Shown in pieces: positions 47,873 through 59,288 of a stretch of DNA of 64,000 bases. Position numbers and translations under genes: made by a program. Source of the stretch: Scenedesmus sp. PABB004 (lineage: Eukaryota). Within the stretch, counting starts at the first letter, position 1; each line of letters opens with the position of its first letter. The notes beneath the pieces were generated by a model. It did no database searches. It was not told where the DNA came from and saw only the letters and a program-made list of their open reading frames with translations. The stretch covers positions 248,001 through 312,000 of the forward strand of contig JABVCE010000024.1 of NCBI GenBank assembly GCA_014905635.1, read 5' to 3'.

Positions 47873-50800
47873 TCAGCTGTCGTCGCCGCCCGGCCCCGCC
47901 TGCAGCTGCTGCGGCGCGCCCGGCGACGGCGACGCGGCGGCGCCTCGGTGCCGCTCCTGCGACCGCGGCTGCTCCTCGTCGCCGCCGCCGCCGCCGCCGC
48001 CGCTGCGGCTGGCGCGGCGCGACGGCGTGCCGCTGCCGCTGCCGCCGCCGCCGCTGCCGCGCTGCCGCTTCGACGCGCGCATGGCCGCGCGCAGCTGCAC
48101 CAGCTCCCAGTCCTCCATGTCGCTGCTCTCGTCGCCGCCGGGCGTGCGCCGGCCGCGCGACGCGCCGCCGCCGCGGCCCCGCTTGGCGCCGCCGCTGCCG
48201 CCGGCCGCGCCGCCGCGCCGCCGCTTCTTGCCGCGCGCCGCCCCAGGCGCGTCCTCGTCGTCATCGTCGTCCAGCATCATCGCATCCTCGTCCTCCTCCT
48301 CCTCCGTGCTCTCCTCGCCCGCGCTGCTCTCGCCGCTGGCGCTCCAGTCCTCGCGCGCGCGCCGGCCGCGCCCGCGGCCGCGCCCGCGCGCCGCGCCGCC
48401 GCGCTTGCCGGCGCCGCGGCCGCGGCCGCGGCCGCGGCCGCGCCCCCTGCGGCCGCCGGCCGGCGCGATGTCCTCGCCGTCGCCGCTGCCGCCCGCCGCG
48501 GCGGGCTCGCCGTCGCCGCTGGCGGCGGCGCTGCCCCAGCCGCCGCTGGCCGCCGCCGAGGCGTCCCACCCGGCGGCGGCGCCCGCGGCGCCCCACCCGG
48601 CGGCGGCGGCCCAGCCGGCGGCGGCCGCGGCGTCCCAGCCGGGCGCCGCCCCCAGCGCGCCCGCCGGCATCGACGCCGCCGCCGCCGCGGCCGCGGCCAG
48701 CACCGCCGCGTCCCAGCCGAAGTCGGCGCCGCCGCCGCCGCCGCCCGCGCCGGCGGCGCCCTGCAGGGCGGCCGCGTAGTAGCCGGCAGCGGCGCCGCCC
48801 TCTGGCGGGAAGTAGCCGCCGTCGTCCACGCCGTCCTGTTTGCGCAGCGCGGCCATGACCGCGCCGGCGGCCTCGGCCGCGGCCGCCGCGACCGCGCCGG
48901 CGCCGCCGCCGGCCGCCGCGCCGCGGAGCTGCGCCGCGTACGCGTGCTGCAGCACCGCGCGCCACACGCCGCGCGCGTCGTGCCGGCGCTGCCACTCCTC
49001 GAGCGCGCGCGTGGGCGGCTCGGTCGTCGCCGCGGCCGCGCCGCGGCGCTGCGGCTGCAGCACCTTGAACGCCGGCAGCGCCAGCGCGTCCTCGGCGGTC
49101 GCCTCGGCGACCGCGCGGTAGTTGTCCCACTGGTTGCGCTTGCCCGTGCCCGGCTGGAACGTGGCGACGATGTTGGCGAGCAGCGGCCCCGGCAGCGCAG
49201 CCGCGACGCTCGGCGGCACCGGCACGGGCGCGCCGTCGCCGGGGTCGCCGGGGTCGGCCGGGCGCGCGGTGCGGCCGCGCCGCTCGCCCGGCGCCGACGG
49301 CGGCGGCAGCGGCGACGGCGGCGCCGCGCGCGCCGCCGCGGCCGCGGCCGCGAGCGCGGCGACCGCCGCCTTGGCGGCGGCCACGGGCGCGGGCGCGGCC
49401 CGCGCCGCCGGCCCGCCCTTGGCCGGCGGCCCGCCGCCCGCGTCGGCCGCCGCGCCTGCCGCCGCGGCCGCCGCGGCCGCGGCCACGGCCCGGCCCGCGC
49501 CCGCCATCGCCGCCGCCGCGCCGGCCGCCGCGCCGGCCGCTGCCGCGCGCATCGACGCCTGCGCGCGCGCGGCCTTGCTCTCCGCCGCGCGGCTGCCCTT
49601 GCGCACGACGTGCAGCGTCAGCACCTTGTCGCAGCGCTCGAGCACGGCGCGCCAGGGCTCCGACTCGGCCGCAGCGGCCTCCGCCGCCGCGCGCTGCACG
49701 GCGCCGTCGCCGAGCAGGCCCCGCCGAAACTCGTGCGGCTCCTGCGTCGCAATCAGCAGGTCCCCCAGCTGCGGTGCGCCGCGGCGGCGTGTGCGGCGCG
49801 GGCGCGGCGGCGTCAGGCGCGGCGTCAGGGGGCCCGGCCGAGGGCTCGAAACGCAGCAGGCCAGTCGCGGCCTGCGTGCCGGCGCCGCACGTGCCGGCAG
49901 CGGCAGTCCCAGCGGCGCGAGCGCATCACCTGCATGTGGAGGTGCTGCAGCAGCGGCGTGACCCACATCTTGCGGTTGGGGCCGTGCGTGCGGTGCGTCT
50001 TGCCAAACTCGTAGTCGACAGCCATGTAGCCGCCCTCCGGCAGGCGCACCTGCGGCGCGGCGGCGCGGTCAAGGCGGCGGGCGAGTCGGCGAGCGCAGGC
50101 GCGGCGGCGGCGGGCGCGTGCGGCGGCGCCCGCAGCGCGCGCCGGCCCAGGGAGCACGCGCTGACGTTCCGGGCCGGGGGCAATAACGCTGCGGGCCGAA
50201 GGGGGGGGCGCACCAGAATGACGTGGTTGATCGGCTTCTTGCTCTTGGCCGGCGCCTCGCCCTCCTCGCCGCCGCCGCCGGCGCCGGGCGTGCCCTCCTT
50301 GCTGCCGCCGCCGCCGTCGCCGGGCTCGCTGCCGGCGCCGGCGCCGTCGTCGCCCGGCTCGCTGCCGGCGCGGCTGCCGGCGCGGCTGCCGCCGGCGTCG
50401 CCGTTGGCCGCCGGCGTGGCTCCGCTGCCGCCGCCATCGCTCGCGGCGCCGCCGCCGCTCGCGCCGCCGCCGCTCACACCGCCGCCGCCGCCGCTCTCCC
50501 TGCCGCCGCTCGCGCTGCCGCCCTTGGCCGCCTCGAGCGCGGCCATCGCGGCCGCGGCGGCGCGCGCCTCGGGCGTGCCCAGCTTCACCGCGTAGGGATC
50601 CATCGTGCGCGCCTGGTTGGCGCCCCAGAAGTCATACGTCCCCTTCTCGACGTGGCTCACCTGCGTCTCCTGCGGGCAGGTGGTGGCGGGCGCGGCGTTT
50701 TGTTTGGGTCAGTGGCGCCGCGCTCGCGTCGGCCGGCGGCGGGGGCGGGGGGGGCGCGGGCGCGCGGCGGCGGCGCGGCGGGCGGCGCGCGGGGGGGGGG

Positions 50801-52649
50801 GGGGGGGCGCCCCACGCACCCGGCGGAAGACCTCGTGCTCCATCGGCGGCACGGTATAGCGCGCGGTGCCGGCCTTGCTGCCGATGGCGAGCTTGGTGAT
50901 GTCCTGCAAGGGCGCGCGCGCCGCGGGGACGAGGGGGCGAGGCGGGGCTGTGAGCGGGCGCGAGCGCAGGGCGGCGCCGAGCCCAGCGCGCGCGGACGCG
51001 CGGCCACGCGGCCGCGCACCTGCAGCGTCTGCAGCGCCGGGTCGAGGCACGACACGCACAGCACGCGCTCGTTGTCAGCCGGCGCGGCGAGCGGCACGCC
51101 GTACGCGCGCGTGTAGCACGCGCCGTGGCACGCGAGCTGGCAGCCGTCGCACGTGCGCAGCGGCGCGCCCTGCAGCGTGTCCTCGCAGAACAGGCAGTAC
51201 CAGAGGTGGTCCGAGGGGTCGCGGCGCAGCAGGTCCAGCAGCTCCTGCGCGCACGGCCGGGCGGCCACGGGCGCGCGCCGGGCGTGGGCCCCTGCTTCAT
51301 GGCCCCACGCACAACGCAGCAGGCGGCCCGCTGGAGCAGCCGGCAAGCGGCGGCATGCGCGCCGCCGCACCGGCCAGGACACCTCCACCTCGGGCAGCAC
51401 GACGATGGTGGTGTCGCCAAACAGCGCGCGCCCGTGCGCCTGGAAGTCGGCGACGCTGCGCGGCGCGTGGCGGCGCGCGGCCGCCGCGTCAGCGCGTCGC
51501 GGCCGCCGCGCCGGCGCCCCCCTGCTGCGCCAGCCGCGCCGCGCCCGCATCGCGCCGCCGCGCGCGCACCTGTTGAAGGTGCCGCCCGCGTACGCCGCGG
51601 CGCCGCCGGTGCAGGCCTCGCAGGTGCACTTGATGAACACAGGGCTCGCCGCGCTCACCTGGCCACACAGCACGCGCAGCACGCACAGCACGGGCGGCGG
51701 GGCGGCCGGCTGAGGGACCAGAGGCGCGCGGTGCGCGCGCCGGCAGAGGCTGCGGTCGAGGCGGCTGCCGCAGAAACAGCGCGCCCACGCGCGCGGCCCG
51801 CACCTTGGCCTCGCACAGCAGCTCGAGCGGCCGCGCGGGGCGGCGGTCCTGCGGCCGCGCGGGTGGGCGCGCGGTCGGTCGGCGGCGCCCGCCGCGCCGC
51901 AGTGCTGCCGCGCCGCCGCGCCGTTGTGCCGCCTGCCAGCGCGGCGGCGCACGCGCGCACCGGCTTGGCGGGGTCTGCCGCCGCGATGGCGAGCGTCTTG
52001 CGCTTCATGACCTTTGCCGACAGCACCGCCATCGCCCACGCCTCTGTGCTGCCGCCGGCCTCGAGCTCCTCGCGCGCCTCCGCCAGCTCCTTGGCCGCCG
52101 CGCGCATGAGGTCCTTGCGCAGCTGCGGGCACGTGGGCGGCGGGTGGTGGGTGGTGGCGTGAGAGGGGCGGGCGGGCGCGAGAGCAGCGGCGGCGGCCGG
52201 CGGTTGGGGCGGTTGCGGCGGGCGCCGTGGCCCCGCGAGCGACGTGCTGCGCCGGCGGCGTGCCGCGGCGGCGGCGCGCGAGCGGCCGCGCGGCGGCGGC
52301 GGCGCTGCAGCGGGCGGCGCGGGCGATCAGGCGCGCTGCCGCCGCTGCCGCTGCTGCTGCTTCCGACCGCCGCGCGCTGCCGGCGGGCCACGGCGCGGCC
52401 CCGCCGGCGCCGCCGGCGCGGGCCACGGCGCGAGCTGCCCCCCGCCGGCGCTGTCGCCGCGGCGCCGCGGGGCCAGGGAGGGCCCTGTGTGCGCCGGCGC
52501 GCGCCGGCGTGGCGCGCTGCTGCTGCCGCCGCCGCCGCACGCACGTCAATCTTGGCCCGGTCCTTGATGTAGGGGGCGATCATCTCGTGCGGCCTCGGCA
52601 TGACGGGGGCCTCCTCCCCGCCCGCCGGCGCGCCCGCAGGCGCGGACAT
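47873..52649 (-). CDS. Nuclear PHD-finger protein with a TDBD-like zinc motif, a putative split B3-like domain and an RG-rich/acidic tail; multi-exon
   Basis: IKCTCEAC..FN|SVADFQAHG; C4HC3 PHD (CLFC..CDGC..HGAC..CVSC); GRGRGRG repeats, an acidic stretch and a KKRRR NLS near the C-terminus. Confidence 0.78.
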
Positions 52650-53256
52650 CGCGCCGGAGGCGCCCTCAGCGCAGGCCGTCCACCTGCGCCCGCTTGGGCG
52701 CGTGGTGCGTCGCGGGGTCCGGTCTGCGGGCGAGGGGGCGCAGGCAGGCGGCCGTGGGGCGCGGGGGGCGCGGGGCACAGCAGAAGCTCGAGCAAATTCA
52801 ATTGCCCCGGCGCCACCAGCCCACGACGCCCCGCCGCCGCCGGGCAGCGCTCCCAAACCCCCACGCCACGGCTCACCGGCCCACGTCGCCTTGTTTTGCA
52901 GCTCTCGCCTCGCAGCAGTAGCAGACGCCCGCCCGCCCGCGCCAGCCGGCGCCCGCCAGGCGCAGGGGAGGGCCTATCTAGGCGCTGACCGCGCCGCACT
53001 GCACGTTCAGGCCGGCGCGCAGGCCCCAGCGCCGCCGCCAGCCCGCGGCGCGGAGCGACAGCGCGCGCGCGCGCGCCGGCCGCCGCCGGCAGCCCCCGGT
53101 GCGGCGGCGGGGCCCCCGGCGGCGCCCCACGCGGTCACAGGCCGCCCCGGCCGCCCGGCGCCGCCGGCGCGCGCCGCGGCGGCCGACCCCGCCGCCGCTG
53201 CTCGCCCCGCGCCGCGCGCGCAGGGCGCCGCGAGCCGCGAGCGAACCGCCGCCACG

Positions 53257-54733
53257 ATGCTGCCCGCGCTGGGAGGTGAGTGAGGTCCCTGGTCGATCGA
53301 CGGGGCCCTGCCTGCCGCCCGCGCGCACCGACCTCCGCCGACCTCCGCCTGCGCGCAGGCGAGGGCGCCCGCCAGCCGGCCAAGGGCTCGACGATCATGG
53401 CCAAGCTCTTCGGCCGCCCCGGCGCCGCCAGGGACGGCCCCGAGCAGCAGGACCCGCCCGCCGAGTCGCCGCGCGCCGGCGGCGGCCGCGCGGGCGGGCT
53501 CTCGCCGCCGCCCCCGGCGGCGGGCGAGCCTGCCGGCGCCAAGGGCGGCTGGGCGGCCAGCCCGCGCCAGGCCGCAGGCGCCGTGGGGACGGTGGGCGTC
53601 GTGCCCAAGCCGCCCCCGCCGGCGCCGGGCCGCGGCGAGGCGGGCTCGCCCGAGTCGCCGCGCAGCCGCCGCGTGCTGTTTGCCGCGGGGCCGTCCGCCA
53701 GGTCGCTGCAGGCGGCCGCCGACAACGCGGGCGCGGGTGCGCCGCGCCGCGCCACGCTGCGCGCGCGCGCCCGCCCGCCCGCCGCGCGCGCCCCCTGCTG
53801 CGCACTCGCGGCCGCCGGTCTGACCGATCCCCGCCTGCCACGCACAGACGCTGGCGCCGGCAACGCGCGCGTCGCCGCGATGTTTGACCACAGCCACGCC
53901 CTCAAGCGCAGCCACACCACCGACCTCGCCGCCGCCGCGCCGCCGAGCCAGCGCAGCCCGCTGCCCCCGGGTGGCGGCGCCGGCGCGCGGCTCGCGCCGC
54001 TCGCGCCGCCGCCAGGCAGCGTGGCCGCGATCGCGGGCGCGGGCGAGCGCAGCGCCGGCGCGCCGCCGGCGCCCGCGGCGGGCGGCGGCGCGCCGACGTA
54101 CGCGCGGTCCAAGTCCGCCAAGAGCATCACGGCCGAGGAGGCCATGAACATCGATGTGTTGGCGCTCGATGGTGAGGACGCGGCACAGCTCAGGAAGATG
54201 ATCAAGAAGCTGCAGTCGGAGGCCAAAAGCCTCAAGCAGGAGGTCGAGACCAAGAAGGCCTCGCTGTCCGGCTCGGGCGCGCGCGCGTCGCTGCTGGTCG
54301 ACTTTGCCGAGCCGCGCCACCGGCAGCGCCCGAGCCTCATCGCCGCAAACCTGGAGCAGATCCGGTGCGCGCCGCGCGCTGCGTGCTGCGGTGTGCTGTG
54401 TGCTGTGCTGCGCTGCGCTGCGCTGTGTGCTGTGTGCTGCGCTGCGCTGCGCCTGGCGGCGGCCGGCTGACGCCCGCCCGCGCGCCGCCGCCCCCGCGCG
54501 CACCGCGCCCGCAGCGCGGCGGTCGCGCCCGGCGCCGCGTCGGACTCTGGCGGTGAGCGCGCCGCCGCCGCGCGCGCGCGCGCGCCCCTGCCCCTTGCCG
54601 CGCGCCGCTCCACACGCCGCGCCCCGCGCCCACGCGCCCACGCGCCGTGCCCCTGCGCCCCGCCGCAGCGGCGGCGATGGACATTGACGAGGAGGACAGC
54701 GGCTTCCTCAGCGACGGCGACGACGACGCGCAT

Positions 54734-54765
<32 letters not shown>

Positions 54766-55321
54766 CAGCGGCGCCAAGGCCAAGGTGCCCTTCCAGCCCG
54801 GCGCCACCACGCTCGGCGACGTGCTCGCCAGCAAGGAGCGCCAGGCAGAGGAGGCGGAGCGGCGGCGCGAGGCCAAGGAGCGCGAGGCCAAGGAGCGCGA
54901 GGCAGCAGCCGCCAAGGCCGCGGCGGCGGCCGAGGCTGCGGCCAAGGCAGCCAAGGCGGCGCCGCCGGCGCCGGCGCCAGGGCAGCCGAAGCGCAAGTAC
55001 AAGCTGCTGAGCGTGTACCCGCTGCTGCCGCCCAACATGCGGCGCGAGGAGTGGTCGCTGTCGCAATTCCAGATCGACAAGAAGCTGCACGCCGGCTATG
55101 CCTCCGAGGTCTACAGGGTGCGTGCTGCGGCGCGCCCCGCGGTGCCCGCGCTGGTCCAGCCGGCCGCCACCGCGCTGGGCCCTGCGGCCGCCTGCCTCGC
55201 CTGCCTGCCTCACCCGCCCGGTTGCCTAACCCGCCTCGCCCGCGCCCCGCGGCCAGGCGGTGGACATGCAGTCGCGCGAGGCGCTCGCGGTCAAGGTGTG
55301 CCGCCCCTTCCTGCCTCCCTG

Positions 55322-55409
<88 letters not shown>

Positions 55410-55700
55410 TCCCTCTCCCTCTCTCTCTCTCTCACTGCCCTCCTTCCCTCCCTCCTCCACCCACCGCTCTCTCCCCACCTCCACCCCCCCCCCCCACACA
55501 CAAACAAACAGGTGTACAACCTCAACGCCCTGGGCGAGCTGAACAAGGTGCAGCTCATCCGCGAGATCCGGCTGCACGGCGCCTTCACGCACCGCAACAT
55601 CATCGAGCTCTACGTCTCATTCCAGGTGAGAGCAGGGTGGGTGGGGGGGGGGGTGTGGGGGGCTGTGTGTGTGTGTGTGGGGGGGGGGTACACTGTGTGT

Positions 55701-55731
<31 letters not shown>

Positions 55732-56333
55732 GAGGCTGCTGACTGGCTGCAGGGGCTGGGGCTGCTGCGCGGCTGGCAGCTGGGGCGGCTGGCGCTGCGG
55801 GGGCTGCCGCCCGCGGGGCTGCCCGCTGCGGGGGGGGGGGGGGGGGGGGGGGGGGGGCTGCTGCTGGACGCTGCCGGCCGCGCGCGCCGCCCCCTGCCTT
55901 CAACCCCGCGACCCCGCGCCGCGCGCCGCGCCGGGCCTGCTGAACCCCGCCGCGCCGCGCCGCGCCCGCTAAACCCTGCCCCCGCTGCACCGCCGCGCCA
56001 CCACCACCCTTGCAGGAGAACCACCGCGTCGTGCTGGCGCAGCGCTACGCGCAGGGCGGCGACCTCCTGCGCGCGCTGCACCGCGCGGGCGGGCGGCTCA
56101 CCGAGCGCAGCGCGGTGACGATGGTCGTGCAGCCGCTGCTCAACTGCCTCGTCTACCTCCACGCCAAGGGCATCACGCACAGGTGTGTGTGTGTGGGTGG
56201 GTGCGTGTGGGCGTGTGTGTTAGGGCGAAGGGTGTGAGCTGGTGTGTGTTTTGTGTGTGCGCGTGGGGTGCGCGCGCGACTGCGTGGCTGCGTGCGCGCG
56301 AGGCAGCGCCCACGCGTGGGTGTCGGCCACGCT

Positions 56334-56409
<76 letters not shown>

Positions 56410-56428
56410 CACACACGCACACACACAC

Positions 56429-56466
<38 letters not shown>

Positions 56467-56791
56467 CCCGTGCCCCCCCCCACCACACACACACCCCCCA
56501 CCCCCCAGGGACATCAAGCCCGAGAACATCCTGTTTGACGGGGCCGGCCTGCTCAAGCTCGCCGACTTTGGCCTGGCGATCAACACGACAGAGGAGGCGG
56601 CCGTCACGCGCGCGGGTGCGGCGGGGGGGGGGGGGGCTGTGGGTGTGGGTGTGGGTGTGGGGGGGGGGGGCTGCGTGTGCTGGGTGTGTGCGCGCGCGGG
56701 TGCGGCCGCAGTGGCGGGGGGCTGTGGGTCTGTGTGTTTGGAGGGGGGGGGGGGGCTGCGCGCGCGCGCGCGCGCGCGTGTGTGTGCGTGC

Positions 56792-56867
<76 letters not shown>

Positions 56868-58038
56868 CTGGTGCGCGCGCTCCGCCACCACGCCTCCCAA
56901 ACCCTCCCCGCCAACCCTCCCCTTGGACCCTCCCCTTGACCCCACACCCACCCACACCCACGCCAGGCACGCTGCACTACATGGCCCCCGAGGTGGTGCG
57001 CAACCCGCTCAAGGACCACCCGGACGACTTCAAGGCGCGCGCGCGCGGGGCGCGTGTGGGTGTGGGAGCTGTGTGTGTGTGTGTGTGGGAGCTGTGTGAG
57101 GAAGAGGGAGGCGGCGCGCGCGCTGGTGCGGCTGCGCGGCCGCCTCCCGTCCCTCGGCCTCACCCTCATCATCACCCTCACAACCCCACCTGCCAACACA
57201 CCCACCCACCCGCCCAAACACACCCACACACCCCCAGAACGAGTCGCGCTTCCACTACAGCGCCGTCGTCGACTCCTGGGCGGTCGGCTGCCTCGCCTAC
57301 GAGCTCATCGTCGGCTTCCCGCCTTTCACGGCTGACACGCAGCAGCAGGCGCGCGCGCAGGGGTTTAAGGGTCCAGGAGGGTTCAGGGCTGAGGGTTGAG
57401 GGCTGTGGGCGCAGGGCGCGCGGGGCTGCAGCAGGCGCGTGCGCGCGCGGGGAGGGTTTTGGGCGTGAGCCTCGTGCGACAGCCCCTCGTGCCTCGGGGC
57501 TGGCAGGGGTTCGATGAGCCCCCGGGCGCGCGCTGCCCCTGGGCCGCCGCCCTGAGCCGCCCGCGTGCCGCCCGCGTGCTGCGCGCGTGCCGCGCTGCCC
57601 CCGTGCTGCTCTGCTCGCCAGGTGATCAAGAACATCAACAGCATGGAGGTGAAATACCCCAAGAAGATGAGCGAGGAGTGCGTCAGCTTTATCAGCAGGG
57701 CCCTCCAGCGCCACCCCGAGGACCGCGCGACGACCGCGGAGCTGCTCAAGCACCCCTGGATCGGCCTGCACATGGTGCGGCGGCTGCTGGCGCGGCGGCT
57801 GCTGACGGCCGCGCTGCGCTGGCCACGGCGCGCGCGACTGACCGCGGCTGCCCTGCGCCCAACCGACCGCCCGCTGGCCGCCCCGGACGCTTCCTCGCCG
57901 CAGCAACGCAACTCGAGCCGCAACCTGACGCTGGAGCCGCAGACGGCTGTGGCCAAGGTGCTGGAGTTTGGCGCGCCCGCGGCGCGGCCGCGCGCCGCCC
58001 AGGCGCCGGCGGGCAAGAGCCAGATGGCGCCGTTCTGA
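53257..58038 (+). CDS. Chlorophyte Aurora-like Ser/Thr protein kinase with a long N-terminal extension; multi-exon
   Basis: [103 protein letters not shown] and [13 protein letters not shown]. The start codon (53257 versus about 53397) is uncertain. Confidence 0.93.
55323..55432. repeat. (CT)n microsatellite, intronic
   Basis: Direct reading. Confidence 0.95.
56337..56495. repeat. (CA)n microsatellite, intronic
   Basis: Direct reading. Confidence 0.95.
56759..56863. repeat. Compound (CG)n-(TG)n microsatellite, intronic
   Basis: Direct reading. Confidence 0.95.
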
Positions 58039-58481
58039 GCTCACAAATGCATGCCAAGGGGGAGGCACGGTGGCAGGCTGTGTGCAGCAGGCTGTGCAGG
58101 AGGCGGGAGCGCATCACGGCTGGCAGCAGCTGGCTCGGGGGGCAGCAGGACTGGACTAGCAGCATCGGCACTGCGGCGCTGGCTCTGGCCCTGTGGCCGC
58201 TCGCACGCAGGATGGGCCGCGCGGCGCGCGCCGCGCGCCGCGCGCGGCTCGGTTGGGCGCGCAGGACTGTGGACGACGGCATTGGCGGCGTGTGATGCAG
58301 CAGCGCGTTCGGTTGGACTGCGTTGGGCGGTGGTGCTGCAACACGCACCGGGCACTGGGTTGGACTGACGGCGTGCTGGCGGCGGCTGCAAAGCCGTGCA
58401 GGCCGGGGCTGAGGCGGCCTCGCCGGCCGCTGGGGCTGCACTGTTCCTGGCGCCCGCGCGCGAGAACGGCTCGGCAGGGGG

Positions 58482-58486
58482 TGTAA
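58482..58486 (+). promoter_or_regulatory. Putative TGTAA polyadenylation signal of the kinase gene
   Basis: TGTAA is the established chlorophyte poly(A) signal and is rare in this GC-rich window. This copy lies about 440 nt after the stop. Confidence 0.5.
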
Positions 58487-59026
58487 AGCAACAGCGACCA
58501 GCCGCGCACGGGATGTGTGTGGTGTGAGATTTCAGCGATGACAAGCCGAGCGGCCGCCGTGCCGTCGCCCCTCCGCGCACGCGCTGCTGCGCGCGCTGCG
58601 CGCCGCGCGCACGAGCCCAGGCGTGTCGCAGCCGAGCAGTCCCCCTCTCCTCCGCGCCCGCCCGCCCGCCCGCCAGCCCGCCCGCCCGCCCGCCGCCCGT
58701 CGCTTGCAGGGCAGGCCGGGCCCGCCCACACAACGAGCCCGCGGCCGGCGCGGAGATGCGCGCCCCGGTCGACGCACCCATGCACGCACACGCTCGCCTG
58801 CCGCCGCACACGCCTTCCCCGTCCTGCTAGCAGCTCCCCGCCTGCCCCGCGCCCTGCCTCCACGCGCATTCCCTAGCTAGGCGGCCGGGCCGTGGGCCCC
58901 TCTCGCGCGGCGGCCCGCCGGTCGGGGCGGCGCCGGCCCGCTCTCGGCGGCAGCGGCGACGGCACCAGCCGGCGCTGGCCGGCCAAGTGCCCGCGCTGAG
59001 CAAGGTCCGAATGTGAAGCATGGGGC

Positions 59027-59287
59027 CTGATTGGTCATTGGTCAGCTCGCTGATGGCCTGGTCAGCTCATCAAATGAGTTGATCGCTGATCGCCTGGTCA
59101 GCTCATCAAATGAGCTGGTCGCTGATGGCCTGGTCAGCTCATCAAATGAGCTGGTCGCTGATGGCGTGGTCAGCTCATCAAATGAGCTGGTCGCTGATGG
59201 CGTGGTCAGTTCATCAAATGAGCTGGTCGCTGATGGCGTGGTCAGTTCATCAGTGAGCTGACTGATCGGCGATGGCGCAACAATCAG
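59027..59287. repeat. 36-bp tandem array (5 full units plus partials) of palindromic units, bounded by inverted repeats
   Basis: Units of ctggtcagctcatcaaatgagctggtcgctgatggc start at 59058, 59094, 59130, 59166 and 59202. Outer inverted repeats are 59041-59055 / 59248-59262 and 59027-59033 / 59281-59287. Confidence 0.92.
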
Positions 59288-59288
59288 A

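Noticed and set aside
59058..59252. 36-bp palindromic repeats as a CRISPR array
   Set aside because: The units are directly adjacent with no unique spacers, there are no cas genes, and the context is eukaryotic.
59031..59261. 76-aa ORF of LVSSSNELVADG repeats
   Set aside because: It starts at TTG and is simply the translation of a 36-bp repeat. There is no other coding evidence.
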